From Geobacter metallireducens GS-15 (GTDB taxonomy: Bacteria > Desulfobacterota > Desulfuromonadia > Geobacterales > Geobacteraceae): a stretch of DNA of 32,000 bases. The stretch is from positions 300,001 to 332,000 of the forward strand of contig NC_007517.1 of the NCBI RefSeq assembly GCF_000012925.1, in the 5' to 3' direction. A program made the position numbers and the translations under genes. Below the pieces are notes generated by a model. The model was not told the origin of the DNA and ran no database searches. It was given only the letters and a program-made list of their open reading frames with translations. Below, piece after piece: positions 17,492 to 25,836 of this stretch. Each line of letters begins with the position of its first letter. The stretch's first letter is position 1.

Positions 17492-19621
17492 GTGGACATA
17501 CTCAACTTATTCAACAATTCTTCAAGTGCGACATTTCTGTTCGAGGTTTCCGGTTCTGCAGCCGATATGTCAGTCGTGAGTTTTACCGCTAACGAGTGGA
17601 TGTCCTTGCCATACTCGGTAAGCGTTGCCTTTGCCACTCCATACGGAATTGAATCCTTCGACGACATAATCGGTAGCGAAGCCCTGCTGACAATTATCAA
17701 CAAAGACTTGCTTGCCGGAGGAGAGGATCGCTACTTTCACGGGATTGTCAGACGACTTGAGCGTATTGGCTCAAGTAGCAACAATTATTGCCTCTATGAA
17801 GCCGAGATCGTTCCGGCTGTTTTTCAGCTCTCCCTGCGCAAAAACTCCAGAATTTTCCAGAACACTATGACCCAGGACATCGTCAAACAGCTTCTGGAGG
17901 AAAGTGGTATCACCTCGGACAGATACCGCTTTGCCCTCCAAAACAAGGAGCGGTTGCGGAAATTTTGCGTTCAATACAGGGAGACGGATCTCGATTTTGT
18001 AACTCGACTTCTCGAAGAAGAAGGGATGTTTTACTTTTTCGAGCATTATTCCGATAAGCATGTTCTTGTTATAAGTGACAGCAGTGTTGTCCACGTTCCA
18101 ATCAACGGTAATCCTTCGATTACCTTCAACTCAAACGGCGGCATGGTTGCTGAGACAGAAAGCATCTATGGCTTTACCTCGTCCCAAAGGATGACATCAG
18201 AGGTATTCGTTCATCGGAACTTTAATTTCAAGAATCCTTCAGTTGACATGACCGCGAAAGCATCCGACTCGCAGGAGTCAAAACGGGAAATTTATGAGTA
18301 TCCCGCTCTCCATGTTACGCAAGAGAGGGGTAGCGCACTTGCCAGAGCCCACAGGGAAGGACTCAAGACAATGCAGAAGCAGGGTCATGGCCAGAGTTCG
18401 TCCTGTCGACTGACGCCAGGGTACAACTTTGCTCTCATTGGCCACGATTCAGCGAGCCTGAACATTGAATATCTCATTGTGGACGTTTCTCATTCGGGCA
18501 CTCAACCCCAGTCGCTCGAGGAGATGTCCCAAGGGCCTTTCTCGTACGGCAACAGTTTTACTGTCATTCCGGCAACAACCCCGTTCCGCCCCACTGCCAC
18601 TCGACAAAAGCCCATAGTAAAAGGGATTCAGACCGCTATCGTGGTTGGTCCCAAGGGCGAAGAGATCTACGCCGATGAGTATGGTCGGATAAAGGTTCAG
18701 TTCCATTGGGACAGGGAAGGCCGCCGTGACGAGAAGAGTTCCTGCTGGCTCCGCATAGGGCAGACTTGGAGTGGAAACGGTTGGGGCATGATTAACATCC
18801 CCCGGATTGGAGACGAGGTACTGGTCGACTTTATCGATGGAGATCCGGATCGTCCCATTATCGTCGGCAGCGTCAACAACGCCGAATCTCCCGCACTCTT
18901 TTCCCTCCCCGCCAACAAAACCCAAAGCGGCATCCGTACCCGCAGCTATCCCAACGGCGGCCGCGACAACTACCACGAACTTCGCTTCGAAGACAAAAAG
19001 GGTAGCGAGGAGATCTACCTTCAGAGTGAGAAGGACTGGAACATCCTGGTTAAGAACGACAAGACCCAGAATGTTGAACACGACGAGGCTCTACATGTGG
19101 CAAACAACCGGCTGAAGACCGTCGGAGTTGACCAGATGGTGCAGGTGGGAGCCAACCACACCGAAATCATCGGTGCCAATAAGAGTATTTCCGTCGGCTC
19201 AAACAAGACCGAGACGGTGGGGCTCAACTCTGCGGAAACGGTTGGGCTTGCCAAGGAGCTGACCATCGGCGGACTTTATCAGGTCAGCGTCGGTGGGGTC
19301 ATGAACGAGACCGTCATCGGCGCCAAGGCCGAGGAAGTGGGGGTGACCAAGGCGGTGCTGGTCGGCGCTCACATGACCGAGAAGGTGGCCGGGAACCGCT
19401 CGCTCACCGTGGGGCAGAACCTCTCGGCAACGGTCAGCCAGAACACCACCGTGAAGGCCAAGGCGATAGTTCTGGAAGCCGATGACGAGATCATCTTCAA
19501 GACGGGCAGCTCTACCATCTCCCTGAAATCCAGCGGCGAGATTGTCGTTACGGGAGCGACCATAACCGAGAAAGCCAGCGGTGAAATCGTTATAAAGGGT
19601 GCCAGGACTTCGGTGAATTGA
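17492..19621 (+). CDS. vgrG: T6SS spike protein VgrG (TssI)
   Basis: GTG start preceded by CGGAGG. 709 aa. It has a gp27-like N-terminus ('VVSFTANEWMSLPYSVSVAF...YFHGIV'). The gp5 OB region is 'GRIKVQFHWDREG...SCWLRIGQTWSGNGWGMINIPRIGDEVLVDFIDGDPDRPIIVGSV'. A C-terminal beta-helix repeat region follows. Confidence 0.93.
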   Translation: MDILNLFNNSSSATFLFEVSGSAADMSVVSFTANEWMSLPYSVSVAFATPYGIESFDDIIGSEALLTIINKDLLAGGEDRYFHGIVRRLERIGSSSNNYCLYEAEIVPAVFQLSLRKNSRIFQNTMTQDIVKQLLEESGITSDRYRFALQNKERLRKFCVQYRETDLDFVTRLLEEEGMFYFFEHYSDKHVLVISDSSVVHVPINGNPSITFNSNGGMVAETESIYGFTSSQRMTSEVFVHRNFNFKNPSVDMTAKASDSQESKREIYEYPALHVTQERGSALARAHREGLKTMQKQGHGQSSSCRLTPGYNFALIGHDSASLNIEYLIVDVSHSGTQPQSLEEMSQGPFSYGNSFTVIPATTPFRPTATRQKPIVKGIQTAIVVGPKGEEIYADEYGRIKVQFHWDREGRRDEKSSCWLRIGQTWSGNGWGMINIPRIGDEVLVDFIDGDPDRPIIVGSVNNAESPALFSLPANKTQSGIRTRSYPNGGRDNYHELRFEDKKGSEEIYLQSEKDWNILVKNDKTQNVEHDEALHVANNRLKTVGVDQMVQVGANHTEIIGANKSISVGSNKTETVGLNSAETVGLAKELTIGGLYQVSVGGVMNETVIGAKAEEVGVTKAVLVGAHMTEKVAGNRSLTVGQNLSATVSQNTTVKAKAIVLEADDEIIFKTGSSTISLKSSGEIVVTGATITEKASGEIVIKGARTSVN

Positions 19622-19622
19622 A

Positions 19623-20759
19623 ATGGCGTCCCAGTCCCGCAACCAACCAGACAAAACGGTTACGGATCGTGTCGTCATAACCGGCATTGGAACTGTAACC
19701 TCCCTTGGCTGCTCCCAATGGAGCACAGCCCTCGCATTGCGTTTCAGGAAAAGCTCCTGGTGCGAGCACGAAACGGTGCTCGTGGCCGACGATCCGTACG
19801 GTGCCGTACTTCGTGGGGCAACTATCAGTCGCATCCCGGAAGAAATCATCTCTCCTGAACTGGACGGCGCCGAGCGAGCCGAGGCTCTATTTCATCCTGC
19901 ATTGAAAGAGTGCATGGCCGGGCTTTCAATCGCCGAGCAAAAACGACTTGTCTGCCGGATTGATAATTTTATCGATTATGAGCAGCATCTTTTCCCTTCT
20001 CTCTTGCAGGAGGCATTCCCCGGCCTCTCCCTTGAGCATGGCCAGAAGCCGATCGAGCTTGGCCGCTGCTCGCTTTTTGAACGGATCATCCAGGCCGGAG
20101 GTGAGCTTTTGGCGGGAAATGCTGAGCGTATTCTGGTCGGATGTGTCGATTCCCTCTGCGCTACTTCCTGGCTCATGTCAGTTTGTGATGAGGATGTGTT
20201 GAAAGACTCATTGACTCCCGAAGGGATCATTGCCGGAGAAGCGGCGGGAGCTGTTCTACTTGAACGGGAAGCCGCCGCGCGGCGGCGCAATGCGCCGGTT
20301 CTGGCCATTCTTTCGTCATGGGGACGGGGGACGGAGCCCAATCTGTGGCACGGTCCCATTCCCTCTACCGGGCGGGGACTCACCGACGCATTCCTTGAAG
20401 CGATTTCTCCTCACGGGGATGGAGGAAAAGGTGTCGTAACGGTCATCGCCGACCTTAACGGTGACCGGCACCGTGCCCTTGACTGGGCCTACACCGAGGG
20501 GCGGATTTTTATCGATGGTGATCGGGAGCCGGAACTGCGGCATCCCGCTTTCATCGCCGGGGATTGCGGCAAGGCCACGGGAGCGCTTCTCCTTGCCGAC
20601 GCCTTGGGGCGTTTCGCCTTCCATCCAGGGTTTCGGGGGACCCTTGCCCTCAGCACCTCCGATGAATCGGGCGCCAGACGGGTCATCTGCCTGGAGCACG
20701 GTGACCACGAAGAACGGAAGGGCTTTATTGAACAGCTCCGTGCTCAACTTGCCGGTTAA
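19623..20759 (+). CDS. Beta-ketoacyl-synthase-like (thiolase-fold) protein with an apparently divergent active site
   Basis: The ATG is 1 nt after the vgrG stop. The N-terminus 'DRVVITGIGTVTSLG' is KAS I/II-like. 'GRCSLFERIIQAGGELLAGNAERILVGCVDS' aligns by eye to the Cys-nucleophile region of FabF, placing it at Cys149. 'EGIIAGEAAGAVLLEREAAARRRNAPVLA' matches the 'DGFv.GEGAG.lvLE' segment. The positions expected to hold the two catalytic His read 'ADLNGD' and 'AGDCGKATG'. Confidence 0.7.
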   Translation: MASQSRNQPDKTVTDRVVITGIGTVTSLGCSQWSTALALRFRKSSWCEHETVLVADDPYGAVLRGATISRIPEEIISPELDGAERAEALFHPALKECMAGLSIAEQKRLVCRIDNFIDYEQHLFPSLLQEAFPGLSLEHGQKPIELGRCSLFERIIQAGGELLAGNAERILVGCVDSLCATSWLMSVCDEDVLKDSLTPEGIIAGEAAGAVLLEREAAARRRNAPVLAILSSWGRGTEPNLWHGPIPSTGRGLTDAFLEAISPHGDGGKGVVTVIADLNGDRHRALDWAYTEGRIFIDGDREPELRHPAFIAGDCGKATGALLLADALGRFAFHPGFRGTLALSTSDESGARRVICLEHGDHEERKGFIEQLRAQLAG

Positions 20760-20789
20760 TATCCACGTCCGGCACAAGGAGAAAGAAGC

Positions 20790-21503
20790 ATGTCGGCAAC
20801 CGTAATCGTCAATGGTCAGACCGTCGTCCACAAAGACAGCGGGGGCGTGCTCACCACTGGCCCCGATGTCTGCCTTACCCCCATGGGGCCTTCGGTAGTG
20901 CCGATTCCCTACACCAATATCGCGGTTTCCGCCGATACCAGCCAGGGGAGTACCAGCGTTGCCATGGACAGCAACCCCATCATGCTCAAGGGGTCGGTTT
21001 TCTCCAAAAGTACCGGCGACGAACCGGGGAAGGTCGGCGGTGTTTCCTCCGGGATTACCAAAGGGAAGGCCAAGTTTGTCAACTATTCCAGTGATGTCTT
21101 TGCCGATGGGAAGCCGGTCTGCCGACGGCTTGACCCCATGGTGAGCAACCTCTCGGCTGCGGGAAACACCCCACCCGCGCCACTGCAGCAGGGAAATGCG
21201 AGGGCACGGGGCAAGCAGGCGCAAGGCCATCTCTTGTCGGTCGCCTTGGTGTTTGAACACCCCGATGTGGTCACGGGCCGGACGACCCAGCCGCTCGTCG
21301 ATCTCAAATACTCATTGAACGGCCCCAAAACGATCACTGTAGCTAAGAGCGAACCCTACACTGGAATCCAGGAATACGTCCCGCAGGGTGGGTACGCCCT
21401 TGAATTTGACCGCAATGACCTCAAAGAGAAACTCACGGAAAGGTCAGTCAGTGAAAAACAATCATCCAAAGGGGCTGCGTTCAGGAATCACAAGACGAGC
21501 TGA
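20790..21503 (+). CDS. DUF4150 (PAAR-like) spike-tip protein with a ~100-aa C-terminal extension
   Basis: AAGGAG RBS. The sequence 'VIVNGQTVVHKDSGGVLTTGPDVCLTPMGPSVVPIPYTNIAVSADTSQGSTSVAMDSNPIMLKGSVFSKSTGDEPGKVGGVSSG...SSDVFADGKPVCRRLDPMVSN' fits the DUF4150/Tox-PAAR-like pattern. Confidence 0.8.
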   Translation: MSATVIVNGQTVVHKDSGGVLTTGPDVCLTPMGPSVVPIPYTNIAVSADTSQGSTSVAMDSNPIMLKGSVFSKSTGDEPGKVGGVSSGITKGKAKFVNYSSDVFADGKPVCRRLDPMVSNLSAAGNTPPAPLQQGNARARGKQAQGHLLSVALVFEHPDVVTGRTTQPLVDLKYSLNGPKTITVAKSEPYTGIQEYVPQGGYALEFDRNDLKEKLTERSVSEKQSSKGAAFRNHKTS

Positions 21504-21536
21504 TTCGGACACAATTGTTTGAACCAAGAGGGATCC

Positions 21537-22541
21537 ATGAAAACTGTATTCAGAAGAGCACTGCTTGTCATAACTGCAACTATACTAACCGTTTCCTTTA
21601 CCGCGTGCAAAGGGAGCGCTGGAAACGGATCAGATCACAAAGAACCCGGGAAAGGAGCACAAAAGGGGATGAATACCTATAACATCGGACGGTTCTCCAT
21701 TGATGTGCCGACAGAAATGAAAGAGGCGGGGCGAACCCATGAGTTCCGGTACGCGGAAATCGAGGAGTTTCTCTGGCCGAAGAACGTAGACAGGGAAGAG
21801 GCGCGCAAGGAAGCCTGGGCAAGGAGAATTGCGGAAATAAACAGCAATAGACCCCCGCGTGGAATAAAGAAAATCATTGTTGAAACCAAGGAAAGTCTGT
21901 CGGTAGGCAAGTGGTCCAAAGGAGTCTTGTATTACGGGAATGACATGAGTAGCAAAGACGGTTTCTGGATGATAATGGCAGATTATGGCCAAGTTGGCGC
22001 AATATTTATAATCAAAGGACTAATTGAATACGAGGAACCAATGTTTGATGACTTGCTCGAAATTGCCAGAAACTACGAGCCAATGAAACAAGATAAAGTC
22101 GATTCTTTTCATACTGCTTATGGAAACATAACACTTCCCTACCTCGAACAGGAATCCAGCTATGTTCGATTTGAAGGGCATCCTTTGGATTTGATGCTAG
22201 AAATAGAAATGACTGAAACCAATAATGTCGAAGAGTCAGGCCCTGTTGAGCGACTTGCTGCTGCAATATCAACAAACTTTGCACCGACGGTGGATGTAAA
22301 AAAAATTCGTGCCCGTAAGAAAAATGTGGCTGGACTTGAAGGGGAAGAGCTTGTCGTGAGGTTGACTGACGGCGGAGAATCGGAGTTACATTTCGGATGG
22401 GAATATGCCGGAAAACAAGACTCCGGGGAATACCCTCTGATTCAAATCGAGATGGAAAGTCCCGATGGGAGGGTTGAAGAGAAGTTGAAAGTTTGGGATG
22501 CGATTCTTGGCTCCATGAAATCGCTTTACAAAGGTAAGTAA
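21537..22541 (+). CDS. Lipoprotein; candidate immunity protein (Tli-type) for the downstream lipase
   Basis: GAGGG lies before the ATG at 21537. The signal 'MKTVFRRALLVITATILTVSFTAC' carries a lipobox. The gene is AT-rich, and its stop abuts the lipase start codon (TAAATG). Confidence 0.6.
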   Translation: MKTVFRRALLVITATILTVSFTACKGSAGNGSDHKEPGKGAQKGMNTYNIGRFSIDVPTEMKEAGRTHEFRYAEIEEFLWPKNVDREEARKEAWARRIAEINSNRPPRGIKKIIVETKESLSVGKWSKGVLYYGNDMSSKDGFWMIMADYGQVGAIFIIKGLIEYEEPMFDDLLEIARNYEPMKQDKVDSFHTAYGNITLPYLEQESSYVRFEGHPLDLMLEIEMTETNNVEESGPVERLAAAISTNFAPTVDVKKIRARKKNVAGLEGEELVVRLTDGGESELHFGWEYAGKQDSGEYPLIQIEMESPDGRVEEKLKVWDAILGSMKSLYKGK

Positions 22542-24599
22542 ATGTCAACAACCCTTAAGGTCAATCATGAGGAGTTAGTGCGACCGATTTCAGAGCTGAA
22601 AACTGATGCACGGCAGCGCATTGCTTTTGATCGCAAGGTCATTCCTATTATTTTCATCCCTGGCATCATGGGGAGCAGGCTAAAAAATCGTTTCAACAAA
22701 AGGATATGGGACCCTGACAGACCTGGTTGGATGCTTTGGAAATATGGAATATTCAAGGCTGCCACGGCTCAAACAAAAAAGGCCATGCTTGTTGGAAAGG
22801 AATTCTCTCCTGAATATCTGAGAGTAATCAATGACGATGGCAGACATAACAAAAAGTATTTTGCACACCAGTACGACACCCATCGGGCCGACCGCGGTTG
22901 GGGAGGGGTGTTGTGGAGCAGTTACGGGACGATCATCAAGGAACTGCAGACGCGCCAGTGGGACCGGACCGTAAACCTTTTTGCCGAATTTCCGGTTCAT
23001 GCTTTTGGCTACAACTGGACTGCTTCCAACCGGCTGGCCGGTGAAAGGCTCGCCGGCTACATCGATGCCGTGATAACCAAATATCGCGGCATGGGGCGTC
23101 AGTGTGAAAAAGTAATCCTCGTCACCCACTCCATGGGGGGCCTTGTAGCTCGGGCCGCCTGCAAACTAAGCGGCGCCGACAATAAGGTTCTCGGTGTCAT
23201 TCACGGCGTGCAGCCGGCCAACGGTTCACCGGCCGGCTATTGGCGGATGAAGGGGGGCTTCGAGCGGCCCCACACGATTCCCGAAACCGATCCGATGCAC
23301 TGGTTGAAAACGCCCAAGCGCGCTGCAGCTCACAAATGGAACACCCTGGTTACCAAGGGAGTTGAGTTCGCCCCTGGAATCAGTTTCGGCAAGGGCAATA
23401 TAACCGCATGGGTGCTCGGCACGGATGGGCGGGAAGTGACGGCACTACTCGGCAATATGCCCGGAGGCTTGCAGTTGCTGCCCAACAAGCGTTATCGAGA
23501 TAATCACGGCTGTGCCCAGTGGCTGGTGCTCAGAGACGAATCGGGAAAGCGTCGGAATCTCCCGAAGTCGGACCCATACAAGGAAATTTACCGAGCGAAA
23601 GATGTCTATTGGCGTCTTGTCAATCCGGAGTGGCTAAATCCTGGAGAGAAAGTCAAATCAAACAAAAAATACCGCAGTAAGACTTCCTGGATTAATTATG
23701 GTGAATATCTAACAGAGGCCGAATCCTTCCACGACGCCCTTGGCGGCAAGGTCCATCCCAACACCTACCAGTTTTACTCCACCGGAATAGCCAGCCCTGA
23801 TCGGGTGGTATTCACCCGGATGCGGGATACCCTGAGAAGCAAGGGAAAACGAATCATCGACATGGTTAAGGGAGATCTGCTCGGCAAGGGCGTCGGTGCG
23901 GCGGTCGATGCGGCCAGGGGAGAACTGACCAAGCCTGTGGCCGGCGCCGCCAAAACAACGCTGGCAAAGCCGTTTGCCGGTGGATCCTTGACAGAGTACG
24001 TACTGCACCCGAGCAAACTGGTGACCGCCGCGAAGGGACTTGCCGGCGCGGCAAAACAGGTGCCGGGCGCCATGGCCGAAGCGGCGAAGGGCCTTCCCAA
24101 CGCATTGCCCCGGATAGCCTCCGGCATGCCGAAAGCCATCGGCATCAATGCCGCCAAGAAGGCTGCCACTACCGCTATCGGTTTGGTGGTTCGTGATGAT
24201 AAGCGGTTCATCGATCGCGGCGGTTACCGCGACAAAGTCGATGAATCCGATCTCCTGGTGTTCAAGGAAAACGGTTCTCCGGCGGAGGTTGCATTCCTCA
24301 TTACCCTGGAAACCCCGGATGGTGCCGGCGACGGAACCGTCCCCGAGTCATCGGCGAAAGCACTCAAACTTGGAGCCAACAGGACGTTTGCCATCGGTGA
24401 CGTGGATGGCAATGAGGGGAAATTTGTCGAAAAGAAGGCCCCCCGCACAAAGCCCCAAATCCCGCCCGACTTCGATGAAGGGTGGTTTGACCGTGGACAT
24501 GAACCAATCTACAAGACACGAAGCGCCACCCACATAACCGTTACCGCCATTGAAAACATGGTGCGAGAGTTGGGCCGGAAAGCGCTTGGCCTCCACTAA
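22542..24599 (+). CDS. Alpha/beta-hydrolase lipase/phospholipase; candidate Tle-type T6SS effector
   Basis: 685 aa with no signal peptide. An oxyanion-type start 'IIFIPGIMGSRL' is followed by the nucleophile elbow 'VILVTHSMGGLVAR' (GxSxG, Ser197). 'GAGDGTVPESS' (Asp597) and 'FDRGHEPIY' (His653) sit at positions typical of the acid and base of lipase class-2/PGAP1-like enzymes. Confidence 0.75.
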   Translation: MSTTLKVNHEELVRPISELKTDARQRIAFDRKVIPIIFIPGIMGSRLKNRFNKRIWDPDRPGWMLWKYGIFKAATAQTKKAMLVGKEFSPEYLRVINDDGRHNKKYFAHQYDTHRADRGWGGVLWSSYGTIIKELQTRQWDRTVNLFAEFPVHAFGYNWTASNRLAGERLAGYIDAVITKYRGMGRQCEKVILVTHSMGGLVARAACKLSGADNKVLGVIHGVQPANGSPAGYWRMKGGFERPHTIPETDPMHWLKTPKRAAAHKWNTLVTKGVEFAPGISFGKGNITAWVLGTDGREVTALLGNMPGGLQLLPNKRYRDNHGCAQWLVLRDESGKRRNLPKSDPYKEIYRAKDVYWRLVNPEWLNPGEKVKSNKKYRSKTSWINYGEYLTEAESFHDALGGKVHPNTYQFYSTGIASPDRVVFTRMRDTLRSKGKRIIDMVKGDLLGKGVGAAVDAARGELTKPVAGAAKTTLAKPFAGGSLTEYVLHPSKLVTAAKGLAGAAKQVPGAMAEAAKGLPNALPRIASGMPKAIGINAAKKAATTAIGLVVRDDKRFIDRGGYRDKVDESDLLVFKENGSPAEVAFLITLETPDGAGDGTVPESSAKALKLGANRTFAIGDVDGNEGKFVEKKAPRTKPQIPPDFDEGWFDRGHEPIYKTRSATHITVTAIENMVRELGRKALGLH

Positions 24600-24647
24600 T
24601 CCGCGTTCACGAGGTAGTGGAAGTAATAACCGATAATTGGTGTTCGT

Positions 24648-25661
24648 ATGGACCTTCTCAATTCCACCCCCCTCATCGCCTCCCACAACATCCTTACCGA
24701 CCGCAACGGCGCTGAAACCCTCCTCGTCGTCGTCAAGGGAACCTGGCGCATCGGGAGGAATGGGGCACTCTCGATAGCTGGCGAGCAGGTGCCCATTCAA
24801 CTTGAGCCACGCTACCTCGGCGATCCCGCGGCATCGAGCCTCATCTACGATACGGACCTGATTCTGGAAAAGCCGGGCACCGACTGCATCCTTCTCGGTT
24901 ACGCCTGGGCGCCTAAGGTCGGAGTTGGCTCTGTGGACGTCACCTTCGGGGTGGGGCCATTGCGAAAGACTGTGCGGGTCTTCGGTGAGCGGATCTGGAT
25001 GAAGTGCCTGGGAATGGTCTCGATGTCAAAACCGGCGCCGTTCGAGAAGATTCCCCTCGTCTGGGAGCGGGCCTTTGGAGGGTCGGACACAAGCTGGCCC
25101 GAGCCGAAGGAGCACGAGTTCTGCTTGGAGAATCCGGTGGGGACGGGCCTTCTGGCACGAAAGACGAAGCTGGAGATCGACGGCTTGCGGCTGCCTAATC
25201 TGGAGGACCCGGCCCATCTCATCAAAAAGCCAACGGATCGTCCCAAACCGGTGGGGTTCGGACCGATCCCGCCCCATTGGTTCCCGCGGGCTGGTTATGC
25301 CGGCACCTATGACGACCAGTGGCGAAAGTATGTAAGCCCTCTGCCGCCTGACGACCTGGACCCGCGCTTCTATTTGGCCGCTGCGCCCGGTCTGACAACG
25401 GCCCGGCATCTTGCGGGCACGGAGCAGGTGCTTGTGGAAAACGCTTCCCGGGCCGGAAGGCTTCAGTTTCAGCTGCCTGGAGGAACGCCGAGCGTCTCGG
25501 TGCAGATCAGAGCGGCGGTCCTGGAACTGGAGATGCGGCTGGGCACGGTTATCGTCGAGCCGGATGAGGAACGGCTTGTCCTCGTCTGGCGCGGCCATCA
25601 GAACGTTCACGGAAAAATCCATGACGTGTACGGTGTCCGTGTCGGTTATGGTGGCCTGTAA
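24648..25661 (+). CDS. DUF2169-family T6SS adaptor/chaperone
   Basis: The sequence 'LLVVVKGTWRIGRNGALSIAGEQVPIQLEPRYLGDPAASSLIYDTDLILEKPGTDCILLGYAWAP' matches the DUF2169 N-terminal pattern. It co-occurs with a DUF4150 gene in the same operon. Confidence 0.8.
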   Translation: MDLLNSTPLIASHNILTDRNGAETLLVVVKGTWRIGRNGALSIAGEQVPIQLEPRYLGDPAASSLIYDTDLILEKPGTDCILLGYAWAPKVGVGSVDVTFGVGPLRKTVRVFGERIWMKCLGMVSMSKPAPFEKIPLVWERAFGGSDTSWPEPKEHEFCLENPVGTGLLARKTKLEIDGLRLPNLEDPAHLIKKPTDRPKPVGFGPIPPHWFPRAGYAGTYDDQWRKYVSPLPPDDLDPRFYLAAAPGLTTARHLAGTEQVLVENASRAGRLQFQLPGGTPSVSVQIRAAVLELEMRLGTVIVEPDEERLVLVWRGHQNVHGKIHDVYGVRVGYGGL

Positions 25662-25758
25662 CCCATTAGTAACCATTGTGGATTTTTTTCTTGACGGCGC
25701 TGATATTAAATTGCTAGCTTGTGACCAATTGATTTAAGACAAATTCAATTGGATAGAC

Positions 25759-25836
25759 GATAATACTCAACCATCCGCGAGGATGGGGCGGAAAGCCTAC
25801 AGGGTCTCTTCGAGACAGCCGGGTTGCCGAAATATC
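25759..25836 (+). promoter_or_regulatory. GEMM-I cyclic-dinucleotide riboswitch aptamer (c-di-GMP-I class; possibly the cGAMP-selective subtype)
   Basis: Sequence: 'AACCAUCC-GCGA-GGAUGGGGCGGAAAGCC-UACAGGGUCUC-UUCG-GAGACAGCCGGGUUGCCGAAAU'. It reproduces the GEMM-I layout of a P1b hairpin with a GNRA loop, a 'GGNCGNAAAGCC' junction, a P2 hairpin, and 'CAGCCGGGUUNCCGA'. For comparison, Vc2 reads '...CAAACCAUUCGAAAGAGUGGGACGCAAAGCC...GCGGGGUUACCGAUGG'. Confidence 0.8.

Noticed and set aside
25715-25752. The inverted repeat CCAATTG-N14-CAATTGG just upstream of the riboswitch, considered as an operator site, and sigma70 -35/-10 candidates in 25690-25760.
   Set aside because: The arms are only 7 bp in an AT-rich stretch, so this could be chance. 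None of the -35/-10 hexamer pairs I tried had both acceptable spacing and a good -10, so no promoter is called.
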